Origin: Bacillota bacterium
GTDB taxonomy: Bacteria > Bacillota > Limnochordia > Darwinibacteriales > Darwinibacteriaceae
Reading direction: 5' to 3'
DNA length: 44,714 bases
Assembly: GCA_012520355.1 (NCBI GenBank)
Contig: JAAYOK010000201.1
Location: 1 to 44,714, forward strand
Below the pieces are notes generated by a model, which was given only the letters and a program-made list of their open reading frames with translations, was not told the DNA's origin and ran no database searches. A program made the position numbers and the translations under genes. Position 1 is the stretch's first letter. Every line of letters starts with the position of its first letter. This document shows, piece after piece, positions 9,645-18,485 of this stretch.

Positions 9645-11018
9645 ATGGAAACTGCAACAAGACGCAATATCTATGCCTTTGGGCTCGGAACCATTGGGCG
9701 GGATATGGTCTATGCTATGGTGACGATGTACTTAATCTTCTATCTCACAGATATTCTGGGAGTCTCCGACGCAACGCTCTGGTGGATTAACGGCATTATC
9801 TTACTGGCGCGGATTTTCGATGCCGCAAACGATCCTGTCATGGGCGTGATTGTGGATAATACGAGAACCAGGTATGGCAAGTTCAAACCCTGGATCGCCT
9901 TTGGGGCAGTCTTTTCCGGCATCATTACCGTGCTTTTATTTACCGATTTTGGCCTCACAGGAACCGCTTTTGTCGTTGTCTTTGGCATACTCTACCTCCT
10001 TTGGGGCATATCGTATACCACCAATGATATCTCTTATTGGTCGATGTTACCGGCTTTGAGCATGGACCAAAAAGAAAGGGAGAAAATCGGCTCCTTCGCC
10101 AAAATTTGCGCCAATATCGGTCTCTTTACCGTCGTGGCCGGGATTGTACCCCTCACCACCATGCTCGGCGAGAGGTTTGACAGTATGACCCAAAGTTATA
10201 CCTTTTTCACCCTGGCCTTAGTTGTTGTGATGTGGCTGGGGCAGGCCATAACCCTCATTGGAGTGAAGGAGAAGAAGGACGCTTTTAAAGTGGAAGAAGC
10301 TACAACACTAAAAGGCATGCTGCGTGCGATTATCGATAATGATCAACTGCTTTATACTGCGATTTCTATGTCTCTATTTATGATCGGCTATGTGACCACC
10401 ACCAGTTTCGGGCTTTATTTTTTCAAGTACGCCTATGGTGATGAGGGGATGTACTCCATTTTCGCCGTCATCCTCGGTATCTCCCAAATTGGGGCCTTGG
10501 CTGTCTTTCCCCTTTTTAGTCAGCGTTTTAGCCGTCGAACCCTGTATACGGCGGCTACGATCCTGGTTGTCGTGGGTTATCTGATCTTTTTCTTCTCACC
10601 CATGAATATGCTTTTCATTGGTACTGCCGGGATTTTAATGTTTCTAGGGCAGGCCTTTATTCAGATCCTGATGCTGATGTTTCTAGCTGATACCGTTGAG
10701 TACGGCCAGTGGAAGCTCGGGAAGCGAAACGAAAGCGTCACCTTCTCCCTACAACCCTTTATCAATAAGATCGGGGGAGCCATTGCTAGTGGAATTGTAG
10801 GTGCCACCGTGATTCTCTCTGGCATTAACTCCGCGGTAGTTCCCTCGGATGTGAGCCCACAGGGTTTGCTTCTCATGAAGATTGCCATGATGATCCTGCC
10901 TCTGCTCTTTATCCTTGCAGGCTACTTCGTATACTATTACAGGTACAGAATTGATTCCGACATGTATCAAACGATGCTTACGGATCTACAAGAACGGGGA
11001 GATTTGAAGCTCAGTTAA
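9645..11018 (+). CDS. glycoside-pentoside-hexuronide (GPH):cation symporter
   Basis: 457 aa, 12-TM profile. FDAANDPVMGVIVDNTRTRYGKFKPW is the MelB/GPH signature. AGGAGG RBS. Confidence 0.85.
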   Translation: METATRRNIYAFGLGTIGRDMVYAMVTMYLIFYLTDILGVSDATLWWINGIILLARIFDAANDPVMGVIVDNTRTRYGKFKPWIAFGAVFSGIITVLLFTDFGLTGTAFVVVFGILYLLWGISYTTNDISYWSMLPALSMDQKEREKIGSFAKICANIGLFTVVAGIVPLTTMLGERFDSMTQSYTFFTLALVVVMWLGQAITLIGVKEKKDAFKVEEATTLKGMLRAIIDNDQLLYTAISMSLFMIGYVTTTSFGLYFFKYAYGDEGMYSIFAVILGISQIGALAVFPLFSQRFSRRTLYTAATILVVVGYLIFFFSPMNMLFIGTAGILMFLGQAFIQILMLMFLADTVEYGQWKLGKRNESVTFSLQPFINKIGGAIASGIVGATVILSGINSAVVPSDVSPQGLLLMKIAMMILPLLFILAGYFVYYYRYRIDSDMYQTMLTDLQERGDLKLS

Positions 11019-11119
11019 TCCCAAGAAAAACCTTGTTTTTTGAGAAGGGACTTGGTCCCCTTTGCAGAAGTGTGAGATCAGTTAGTAGCGTTGTAGATCG
11101 ACGAAGGGAGCAAAAACAG

Positions 11120-11716
11120 GTGAGCCAACAGAACGCCATGGAACTCGTGGAGAAACTCTATGGCACACAGCGCAGGGAAGGATTGGAGAAGTTTAGTGTG
11201 CAACATCCCAAGGATGTTGTGGATTATTGCTTCTTACACTTGCAGAAAGACAACATCCGCATTATTCGCCTCTTGAATGTCGCCATCCTCCATGATGTGG
11301 TGGAGGATTATGCTCAAGAGGGATACACGGTGGAGCGAGTTCAAGCGATGGTGGGTTTAGGCCCGAAAGAGACAAAACTCTTGGATTTAATCGCTCGCAA
11401 ACAAGACCCAGAGTACGCCTACTTGCGGGATCTCTTTGCGATTGAGGATGGAGTCATCGTCAAACTCGCTGATCGAATTGCGAACTTGAAGGATTTGCAG
11501 AAGTGGGTAGACAAGGAGCAAGGCTTTACCCAGCGGGCGATGGATATCTTCGAGACGTACCGCTTTGAAACCGTGGCCATGCTAGATTTAGTCATCCTCC
11601 ACTACGCGGAGCAAATGCAAGACCCAGACCATCCTATTAGTCGCCAAGTTCAGCTCTTGCAGGAGGTTTTTCGCGACTTGGAAACGCGGTACAAAGAGGC
11701 AAAACGCCAGAAATGA
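11120..11716 (+). CDS. HD-domain protein, RelA/SpoT-type (p)ppGpp hydrolase-like (small alarmone hydrolase candidate)
   Basis: AILHDVVEDY and VKLADRIANLKDL match the SpoT hydrolase-domain motifs HDVxED and KLADRLHN. GTG 11120 follows GAAGGGAG. No synthetase domain is present. Confidence 0.6.
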   Translation: MSQQNAMELVEKLYGTQRREGLEKFSVQHPKDVVDYCFLHLQKDNIRIIRLLNVAILHDVVEDYAQEGYTVERVQAMVGLGPKETKLLDLIARKQDPEYAYLRDLFAIEDGVIVKLADRIANLKDLQKWVDKEQGFTQRAMDIFETYRFETVAMLDLVILHYAEQMQDPDHPISRQVQLLQEVFRDLETRYKEAKRQK

Positions 11717-11757
11717 TAAAAAAACCCGTATGCTGCTCAGCAGTACGGGTTTTTCTT
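11717..11757. terminator. bidirectional intrinsic terminator between the HD gene and hcp
   Basis: Stem CCCGTA(TGCT)/(AGCA)gTACGGG, flanked by an A-run on the left and a T-run on the right. Confidence 0.7.
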
Positions 11758-11766
11758 TCTTTTTAC

Positions 11767-13395
11767 CTAGGCACCTACGAAGAGCTCTAGATCTTCTTCA
11801 ACCGTCTGGATGCCTGCGATATCAAAGTTTTCCACAAGCACCTTGGCAACATTGGGCGATAAGAAGGCTGGGAGGGTTGGTCCTAGATGGATATTCTTAA
11901 CGCCGAGGTAGAGGAGGGCGAGAAGAATAATAACAGCCTTTTGCTCATACCAAGCAATGTTATAGACAATGGGTAGGTCATTGATGTCCTCGAGCTGGAA
12001 GACTTCCTTGAGTTTCAAAGCAATCAAGGCCAGAGAGTAGGAGTCATTACATTGGCCTGCATCGAGTACCCGGGGGATCCCTCCAATATCACCGAGATCA
12101 AGTTTGTTATACCAGTACTTGGCGCAGCCGGCGGTTAAAATAACATTGTCTTCTGGCAGTTCACGGGCGAAGTCTGTATAGTACTCCCTTTCTTTGTGGC
12201 GACCATCACAGCCGGCCATGACAAAGAATTTCTTGATGGCTCCAGACTGCACAGCTTCCACCACTTTGTCCGCGAGGGAAAACACTTGTTGGTGGGCAAA
12301 GCCTCCCACAATGGTTCCTGTTTCGATCTCCGTTGGAGAAGGACAGGTCTTGGCCAGCTCGATGAGGGGGGTAAAGTCTTTTTTGCCGTTTTCGTCTGCT
12401 TCAATATGGGTGCAGCCAGGATAGCCAGTAGCTCCCGTGGTGAAGATCCGTCCCCGGATTTCTTCCTTCCTAGGAGGTACAATACAGTTTGTGGTGAAAA
12501 GAATCGGTCCGTTGAAGGAATCGAACTCCGTCACTTGTTTCCACCAGGCATTGCCATAGTTACCCACAAAGTGCTCGTACTTTTTGAAGGCAGGGTAGTA
12601 GTGGGCGGGTAGCATTTCACTATGTGTATAAACGTCCACGCCTGTGCCTTCCGTTTGCTCCAGCAGTTGCTCCAAATCGGTGAGATCATGACCAGAAATC
12701 AAGATAGCTGGGTTTTTTCTCACTCCGATATTAACCTCCGTAATTTCGGGAGTGCCAAAACGGGAGTTGTGGGCTGAGTCTAGAAGTGCCATCACATCGA
12801 CACCAAATTTTCCAGTCTCCAAAGTTAAGGCTACCAGTTCATCGATGCTGAGCTCGTCACTTAGGGTGGCATCAAGAGCCCTATGGATAAAGGCATAGAT
12901 TTCTTCGTTTTCTTCCCCAATGTTGAGGGCATGATGGGCGTAAGCTGCCATTCCCTTGAGGCCGTAGATAATCAACTCTCGTAAAGAACGTACATCTTCA
13001 TCGGTAGTGGAAAGAATGCCGACTGCAGTGGCCTTATTCAGCATATCCTCACGGTCTGTTACTTGGAATGTGGCGGCATCATGCAGGGGAGCGCTACCCG
13101 TCACCGTGCTTCTTAGTTGGTCTCTGATCTCAAGCATCTTGCGAATTTGCCTTTCGATGGCATCTTCATCGAAATTGGCATTGGTGATGGTACTAAATAA
13201 ACTATTTAAGATTTCATGATTCACCTCACCAAGCTGGCTCATATCTAAGTGATTCGCCTGAACGATATGGGCGATACCCTTCGTAGTGTAGATCAACAGA
13301 TCCTGGAGATTTGACACCTCGGGGCTTTTTCCGCAGACGCCCCTAACAGTACAACCAACGCCTTGGGCAGCTTCTTGGCATTGGAAACAAAACAT
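11767..13395 (-). CDS. hcp: hydroxylamine reductase / hybrid-cluster protein
   Basis: The N-terminus [23 protein letters not shown] (Cys cluster) and the overall ~540-aa Hcp pattern. Start placed at ATG 13395, with AGGAGGT upstream. Confidence 0.9.
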   Translation of the reverse strand: MFCFQCQEAAQGVGCTVRGVCGKSPEVSNLQDLLIYTTKGIAHIVQANHLDMSQLGEVNHEILNSLFSTITNANFDEDAIERQIRKMLEIRDQLRSTVTGSAPLHDAATFQVTDREDMLNKATAVGILSTTDEDVRSLRELIIYGLKGMAAYAHHALNIGEENEEIYAFIHRALDATLSDELSIDELVALTLETGKFGVDVMALLDSAHNSRFGTPEITEVNIGVRKNPAILISGHDLTDLEQLLEQTEGTGVDVYTHSEMLPAHYYPAFKKYEHFVGNYGNAWWKQVTEFDSFNGPILFTTNCIVPPRKEEIRGRIFTTGATGYPGCTHIEADENGKKDFTPLIELAKTCPSPTEIETGTIVGGFAHQQVFSLADKVVEAVQSGAIKKFFVMAGCDGRHKEREYYTDFARELPEDNVILTAGCAKYWYNKLDLGDIGGIPRVLDAGQCNDSYSLALIALKLKEVFQLEDINDLPIVYNIAWYEQKAVIILLALLYLGVKNIHLGPTLPAFLSPNVAKVLVENFDIAGIQTVEEDLELFVGA

Positions 13396-13441
13396 GCTCA
13401 ATCTAAATCTACCTCCTATTTGTGAACTCGTTCTCGAACTA

Positions 13442-13470
13442 ATATTACTTACGAACTTAGGAATTGTCAA
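13442..13470 (-). promoter_or_regulatory. sigma-A type promoter of hcp (TTGACA-17-TAATAT)
   Basis: On the minus strand, TTGACA at 13470-13465 and TAATAT at 13447-13442 with an exact 17-nt spacer, ~45 nt upstream of the hcp ATG. Confidence 0.55.
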
Positions 13471-13490
13471 GTCCTGTTTTCTAGATCCAA

Positions 13491-13516
13491 AGAGGCAGCT
13501 CCCCTGAGCTGCCTCT
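13491..13516 (-). terminator. GC-rich hairpin downstream of xth
   Basis: Perfect 10-bp stem AGAGGCAGCT/AGCTGCCTCT with a 6-nt loop, starting 8 nt after the xth stop. The U-tract is weak. Confidence 0.5.
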
Positions 13517-13523
13517 CTGTTTC

Positions 13524-14279
13524 TTAGATTTCAATTTCAAGTTCGACCGGGCAATGATCGCTTCCAAAGACTTGGTCATGAATTCGGGCTTCCACGAGCT
13601 GTTTTTCTAGTGCTTCAGATACTAAGAAGTAGTCAATTCTCCAGCCGATGTTCCGTTCTCTGGCATTGGAAAAATAGGACCACCAGGTATAAGCATCCGT
13701 CTTGTCCGGATAAAAGTGGCGATAGGTGTCAATGAAGCCCGAGTCTAAAAGATCCGAAAACTTGTTACGTTCCTCATCGGTAAAACCAGCGTTTTTCCGG
13801 TTGGTTGAGGGATTTTTAAGATCGATGTCCTTGTGGGCCACGTTGAGATCGCCGCAGACGATAACAGGCTTTTGTTCTGCTAGATCGCCTAAGAATGCAC
13901 GAAAGGCATCCTCCCAGGTCATCCTGTAATCGAGGCGGGCTAAACCCCGCTGGGAGTTAGGCGTATAGCAAGTGGTCAGAAAAAACGAATCATATTCCAG
14001 GGTAATCAAACGGCCTTCTTGGTCATGTTCTTCCATACCCAAGCCATAAAAAACGGATTGAGGTGTATGTTTGGTGAAAATGGCGGTACCAGAATACCCT
14101 TTCTTAACCGCACTATTCCAGTATTGTTCGTAGCCTGGTAGCTCGATTTCCAGTTGTCCCTCTTGCATCTTTGTCTCTTGGATGCAGAAAAAGTCGCTAT
14201 CTATATCATGGAAAAAATCCAGGAAACCCTTTTTTACTGCAGCTCTTAGTCCGTTTACGTTCCATGAAATCAGTTTCAT
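13524..14279 (-). CDS. xth: exodeoxyribonuclease III (AP endonuclease)
   Basis: [28 protein letters not shown] and SDHCPV are canonical ExoIII/Ape motifs. Start at the internal Met (14279). Confidence 0.9.
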   Translation of the reverse strand: MKLISWNVNGLRAAVKKGFLDFFHDIDSDFFCIQETKMQEGQLEIELPGYEQYWNSAVKKGYSGTAIFTKHTPQSVFYGLGMEEHDQEGRLITLEYDSFFLTTCYTPNSQRGLARLDYRMTWEDAFRAFLGDLAEQKPVIVCGDLNVAHKDIDLKNPSTNRKNAGFTDEERNKFSDLLDSGFIDTYRHFYPDKTDAYTWWSYFSNARERNIGWRIDYFLVSEALEKQLVEARIHDQVFGSDHCPVELEIEI

Positions 14280-14408
14280 TCTATCCCTCCTGCACCCATG
14301 GTTCTCCATCTACGAAAGGCATTCCTGCCCAGAGCCCCTTTGGGTTTTTTAAGAAGGATTATGACTATCCAGGGAGAAAATACAGGTAAACCATAAGGGA
14401 GGCGAGTT

Positions 14409-14720
14409 ATGGCTACGATAATTATCGCCATAGTGGCAATCAGTGCCGTATTGAGTATTTTGGTTGCTATCAATCAGTTAAGTCAACGAGTGGATCAGAT
14501 GAGCCAGTACTTAAGGGGTATCGTTCAGCATCTTGGCGTGCATGATTCTGTGCTCGCTAGCATGGAGGAAGAATTGAAGGTCTTGCTGCAACGGGGCAAG
14601 AAGATTGAAGCCATTCGTTTGTATCGGATAACGACTGGGCTGAGTCTTAAGGAAGCCCACGATCATATTGAAAAGCTTAGCTTGGAGGAAAAAAATGAAG
14701 GTGTATCAGGTAAAAATTGA
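14409..14720 (+). CDS. small membrane-anchored protein with a ribosomal L7/L12 C-terminal-like motif
   Basis: 103 aa. N-terminal TM helix TIIIAIVAISAVLSILVAI. The C-terminal KIEAIRLYRITTGLSLKEAHDHIE resembles the L7/L12 CTD (KIxVIKxVRExTGLGLKEAKDLV). GGGAGG RBS. Confidence 0.6.
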   Translation: MATIIIAIVAISAVLSILVAINQLSQRVDQMSQYLRGIVQHLGVHDSVLASMEEELKVLLQRGKKIEAIRLYRITTGLSLKEAHDHIEKLSLEEKNEGVSGKN

Positions 14721-15333
14721 GATGAAGGGCTCCGAGCCCCACATTTGGCGCCGCGTGCTCGTCGCGGCGAACACGGACTTCCAGGAGCTTCATCAGATGA
14801 TTCAACATGTCTTTCATTTTAGGGACAATCATGTGTACATGTTTTCGCTTCCCGATCATAATCTAAAAGTGACGACCGATGAAGAAACCCTAGAGGTATA
14901 TGGGGAGTATCTGGCGAATCGAGAACAGATTGAGAAGACCCTTGGCGCTTTAGCCACACCTTTTGCCAAAGAGCAGTTGGCCAAATACCGGACAGAGGTC
15001 CAAAGACCGGACGGTCTTTTTATCGAGCCCTATGTAGAACCCGGTATCTGCTTTGAATATGTCTATGACTTCAAAGCTCAGTGGGAGATGGTCTTAACCA
15101 TTGAAGGTACCTTGGAGGACTATGCTTTGAACCACCCCGTCTTACTGGCGGGGGAAGGAGCTGCGCCACCAGAGAAAATCGGCGGACTCCAGGATTTCCA
15201 AGACTTCCTTGTGGCCTATCAAAATCCCGACCATCCAGACCATAAAGGGGCCAGGCAGTGGGGGTTGCAGGAGGGTTTTACTGATTATAATAGCGAGGCG
15301 ATTCAGGAAAGACTCAAGGTATGGAGGGAATAG
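14695..15333 (+). CDS. pRiA4b ORF-3-like (PF07929 / MM3350-like) domain protein
   Basis: MKVYQVKIEMKGSEPHIWRRVLV and the later GAAPPEKIGGLQDFQDFL resemble PF07929. GGAGG RBS at 14684-14688. The start overlaps the upstream gene by 26 nt. Confidence 0.65.
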   Translation: MKVYQVKIEMKGSEPHIWRRVLVAANTDFQELHQMIQHVFHFRDNHVYMFSLPDHNLKVTTDEETLEVYGEYLANREQIEKTLGALATPFAKEQLAKYRTEVQRPDGLFIEPYVEPGICFEYVYDFKAQWEMVLTIEGTLEDYALNHPVLLAGEGAAPPEKIGGLQDFQDFLVAYQNPDHPDHKGARQWGLQEGFTDYNSEAIQERLKVWRE

Positions 15334-15338
15334 GCAGA

Positions 15339-16340
15339 ATGCGAATTTTGGTAACGGGCGGGGCAGGCTATATTGGTAGTCACACCTGCGTGGAACTCAT
15401 GCAGAACAAGCACGAAGTGATCATTGTGGACAATTTGGTGAACAGTAAGGAGAGCGCGGTCGAGCGTATTGCAGCCATTACAGGTAAGGCTCCCCTTTTT
15501 TACAAAGCAGATGCCACAGATGACCAAGCCATGGATCTCATTTTCTCCACCCACAAACCAGATGGGGTGATCCATTTTGCAGGCTTGAAGGCAGTTGGAG
15601 AGTCGGTGGCGGTGCCGCTGGCGTATTACCGGAACAATCTACTGAGTACCATGGTCATCACAGACAATTGTCTCAGGCACGGGGTGAATCGTTTTGTCTT
15701 CAGCTCTTCCGCCACTGTCTACGGTGACAATCAAGTGCCCTTTTTGGAGACCATGGAGCTTTTGCCTAGGACCAATCCTTACGGCGAGACTAAGGCCATG
15801 TGTGAAAGGATTCTAACTGATGTGGCCAAAGTCAACCCAGAGTTCTCCGTTACCTTGCTACGTTATTTCAATCCCGTCGGGGCCCATACAAGTGGGTTGA
15901 TTGGCGAGGCTCCCCAGGGGATTCCCAATAATTTGATGCCGTATATCACCCAGGTGGCCAAGGGTATCCGCAAGGAACTTAGGGTTTTTGGTAATGATTA
16001 TCCCACCAGTGATGGCACTGGAGTGCGGGATTATATTCACGTTGTTGACCTGGCTGAAGGGCATGCCTTGGCCATCGAAAAGGCAGAGCCAGGGGTTGAA
16101 GTCTATAATCTAGGCACCGGGAAGGGTACCTCCGTGCTGGAACTGGTCAAGGCTTTTGAAGAGGCCAATGATTTACAAATCCCCTATTCGATTGTAGAAC
16201 GTCGGCCGGGGGATATTGCGGAGTGTTATGCGGATGCCAGTAAAGCCAAAGAGAAGTTGGGTTGGGTGGCCAAACGGGGGATCGTGGAGATGTGTCAGGA
16301 CGCCTGGCGCTTTGAAAAGTCATACGAAGCTCGGGCTTAA
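15339..16340 (+). CDS. galE: UDP-glucose 4-epimerase
   Basis: MRILVTGGAGYIGSH, SSSATVYG and YGETK are the SDR/GalE catalytic motifs. Confidence 0.9.
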   Translation: MRILVTGGAGYIGSHTCVELMQNKHEVIIVDNLVNSKESAVERIAAITGKAPLFYKADATDDQAMDLIFSTHKPDGVIHFAGLKAVGESVAVPLAYYRNNLLSTMVITDNCLRHGVNRFVFSSSATVYGDNQVPFLETMELLPRTNPYGETKAMCERILTDVAKVNPEFSVTLLRYFNPVGAHTSGLIGEAPQGIPNNLMPYITQVAKGIRKELRVFGNDYPTSDGTGVRDYIHVVDLAEGHALAIEKAEPGVEVYNLGTGKGTSVLELVKAFEEANDLQIPYSIVERRPGDIAECYADASKAKEKLGWVAKRGIVEMCQDAWRFEKSYEARA

Positions 16341-16357
16341 AGTAGGGAGGCTTAGCT

Positions 16358-18262
16358 GTGAAACGTTGGAGTTCGGTTCGTGCCAAAATTGTTGTCTTGC
16401 CCTTGGTCCTAGTCTTCCTAGGTATAGGCTTGTTAGCCATGGTTAATCTCGCATCGGTGTACGATGAATTAATGGAGTCCAAGCGTCTAGGTGGCCTTGC
16501 CGTGACACAGCAAGTGAAGGCACGGGTCGAAGCCAATGCCCGTTCAGTGGCTCGAATTGAGGCTATGCTGATGGATACCATCTTGCATGTGGCCGACTTG
16601 GTCCTGGCCCAAGAGGAGCTCAGTGATGCGTATCTTACAGAAATAGCAAACTCTCTGGGGATTGGCGCTCTCCACTGGTACAATCCCCAGGGTGTGATCA
16701 TCTATTCAGCCTTCGGGGACTATGTGGGCTGGCAGGCACCAGCGGATCATCCCGCCTCCTTGTTCCAAAAAAGTGGACAAGAGTACTTAGTTGAAGAAAT
16801 TCGCCAAGATAGTGAAAGTGATCTGTACTACAAGTATGGTTATAAGAAAGGCCCAGACGGCTCCATGGTTCAGGTAGGAATTGAAGCCAATGATGTCCAA
16901 GCGCTCACCGAAGACTTTAGTTCGGAGACACTTGTGGCGGATTTAATTAGCGGTGCTACCCTTTCCTACGCAGCCATTTTGGATCGTCATAACGAACTAG
17001 ACGCAGCCACAGGAGGTTTAGCTAAGTCCACCTTGTTTGCGGATCAGAGCAAGATAGAAGCGTTGGAGAAGAGGAGCAACTTCTATCTCTTAACGACCGA
17101 TCCTGGGACCGGTGAGACTGTCTATGATATCTTGATGCCTCTTTACGTGGATGACGAGCATTATGGTGCTGTCAATGTGGGCATCGCCCTAGACATTGTG
17201 GCCAAGATTATGGCGGAGCGGATGCTCTTTACGGGAATCCTCGCGATCTCGGCCTTTCTTATCATCGCCTTGGTTCTTTACTACAATGCCTCGGGGATTG
17301 TTAAGGCTGTAGGTCAAATCAATCAGCACATCACCTTGATCGCAGCAAGGATTTTGCACGAGCCGATACCCGAGAATCTACTCCAGAAAAAGGATGAACT
17401 AGGCGTGATGGCCAAGGGAATTGGGGAGATGCAGGCCTCATTGCGGGGAGTTTTGCAGGAGGTCTTAGATGCCTCGAGTGCTACCGCGACTGCCAGTCAC
17501 GAACTTTCTGCCTCCACAGAACAGTCCAGTGCCTCTGTGGATGAGGTGGCCAACACAACCAATGAGTTTGCGGCAACGGTTCAAACCATGACCTATCACG
17601 TGGACGACATGGTCAAAGTGGCCCAAGGGATTCAAACGTCCGCGACCGCAGGAAGTACCTCTGTGGAACGGGCCGTTACCATGACCAGAGATGTTAAAGA
17701 TAGCATGGCCACCATGGCTGAAGTTGTGAGGGGATTAGGTCAGCAGTCTCGGGAGATCGGGCAGATCGTTGAAGTGATCACGGGGATTGCGGATCAGACC
17801 AACCTTTTGGCCTTGAATGCGGCCATTGAGGCTGCCCGGGCTGGGGAGCAAGGTCGCGGTTTTGCCGTTGTGGCTGAGGAGGTACGACAACTAGCGGAAC
17901 AATCGGCCAAGGCCACCACTGAGATCAGTGACTTAGTGCAGAGTATTCAACGGGAGACGGAACGGACTGTACGAGGCATCCATCAAGGAGCCACAGACGC
18001 GACAGAAAGTGCCCTGGCAGTGGAGGAAGGTGGTCAGCTCCTACATGCTATTATCAGGGAGATTGAACAGATCACCGCAGCCATACTGGAAGTTTCCGAG
18101 GGAATTCAGTTCATCGCGGGAGGTAGCGAACAACTCGCGGCAACGACAGAAGAACAGTCCGCATCCCTTGACTCCATTGCCCATGCGGCGCAGGAACTGA
18201 GTCAGATGTCAGAACGCTTACGTAATGTCGTTCATCAGTTTCATTTAGACCGGAAAGATTGA
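16358..18262 (+). CDS. methyl-accepting chemotaxis protein with a ~260-aa extracytoplasmic (double-Cache-like) sensor domain
   Basis: GTG start after GGGAGG. Two TM segments flank the sensor region. The highly conserved MCP hairpin tip is present (IADQTNLLALNAAIEAARAGEQGRGFAVVAEEVRQLAEQS). Confidence 0.9.
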   Translation: MKRWSSVRAKIVVLPLVLVFLGIGLLAMVNLASVYDELMESKRLGGLAVTQQVKARVEANARSVARIEAMLMDTILHVADLVLAQEELSDAYLTEIANSLGIGALHWYNPQGVIIYSAFGDYVGWQAPADHPASLFQKSGQEYLVEEIRQDSESDLYYKYGYKKGPDGSMVQVGIEANDVQALTEDFSSETLVADLISGATLSYAAILDRHNELDAATGGLAKSTLFADQSKIEALEKRSNFYLLTTDPGTGETVYDILMPLYVDDEHYGAVNVGIALDIVAKIMAERMLFTGILAISAFLIIALVLYYNASGIVKAVGQINQHITLIAARILHEPIPENLLQKKDELGVMAKGIGEMQASLRGVLQEVLDASSATATASHELSASTEQSSASVDEVANTTNEFAATVQTMTYHVDDMVKVAQGIQTSATAGSTSVERAVTMTRDVKDSMATMAEVVRGLGQQSREIGQIVEVITGIADQTNLLALNAAIEAARAGEQGRGFAVVAEEVRQLAEQSAKATTEISDLVQSIQRETERTVRGIHQGATDATESALAVEEGGQLLHAIIREIEQITAAILEVSEGIQFIAGGSEQLAATTEEQSASLDSIAHAAQELSQMSERLRNVVHQFHLDRKD

Positions 18263-18381
18263 TTCCGAGACGAGTTTAGCTTGCTCTCAGAGCGTTTTTG
18301 TTATATGCTTGAAAAAAATGCGGAGAAAGTGAGGTGGGCCAGGTGATCAAGAGTAGTCGAGTTCAAGTGTTGGAAAAACTA

Positions 18382-18481
18382 GGCGTTGGCCTGCCAAAAC
18401 TCGGTGTTGAGGATTAAAGCTCAGCCCTGTTTTGCCATGAGAGGCCAACGCCCACCACCAGGACAGAAGGGGGACGTTGGC
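18382..18481 (+). promoter_or_regulatory. structured 5' leader with mutually exclusive helices upstream of the CD3324-like gene
   Basis: GGCGTTGGCC (18382-18391) is a perfect complement of GGCCAACGCC (18443-18452). A second copy of CGTTGGC (18475-18481), lying between the RBS and the ATG, can pair with the same GCCAACG. Confidence 0.4.
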
Positions 18482-18485
18482 TTTA

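Noticed and set aside
14328-14350. A terminator-like hairpin (CCCAGA/TTTGGG plus T6) on the + strand in the xth/small-protein divergent region.
   Set aside because: There is no plus-strand gene or convincing promoter upstream of it. The stem is only 6 bp and includes a G-U pair. It is possibly coincidental, or a minor attenuator that I cannot support.
14668-15333. The PF07929 (plasmid pRiA4b ORF3 / IS1096-associated) gene as evidence of a mobile element.
   Set aside because: There is no transposase, integrase, terminal inverted repeat or compositional break nearby. The flanking genes (xth, galE) are housekeeping.
16147-16701. A 184-aa minus-strand ORF across the galE/MCP junction. Similar antisense ORFs occur at 12196..12612, 39802..40269, 41298..41681 and 5540..5890.
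   Set aside because: All lie opposite strongly supported genes, are Arg/Pro/Ser-rich as expected for antisense frames, and lack RBSs.
18263-18485. A c-di-GMP riboswitch (GEMM-I/II) upstream of the CD3324-like gene and near the GGDEF gene.
   Set aside because: The conserved GEMM cores I remember (ACGCACAGGGCAAACC and GGGACGCAAAGCC for class I; the ACGCAC and CCGACC pseudoknot for class II) are absent. I report it only as an unclassified structured leader.
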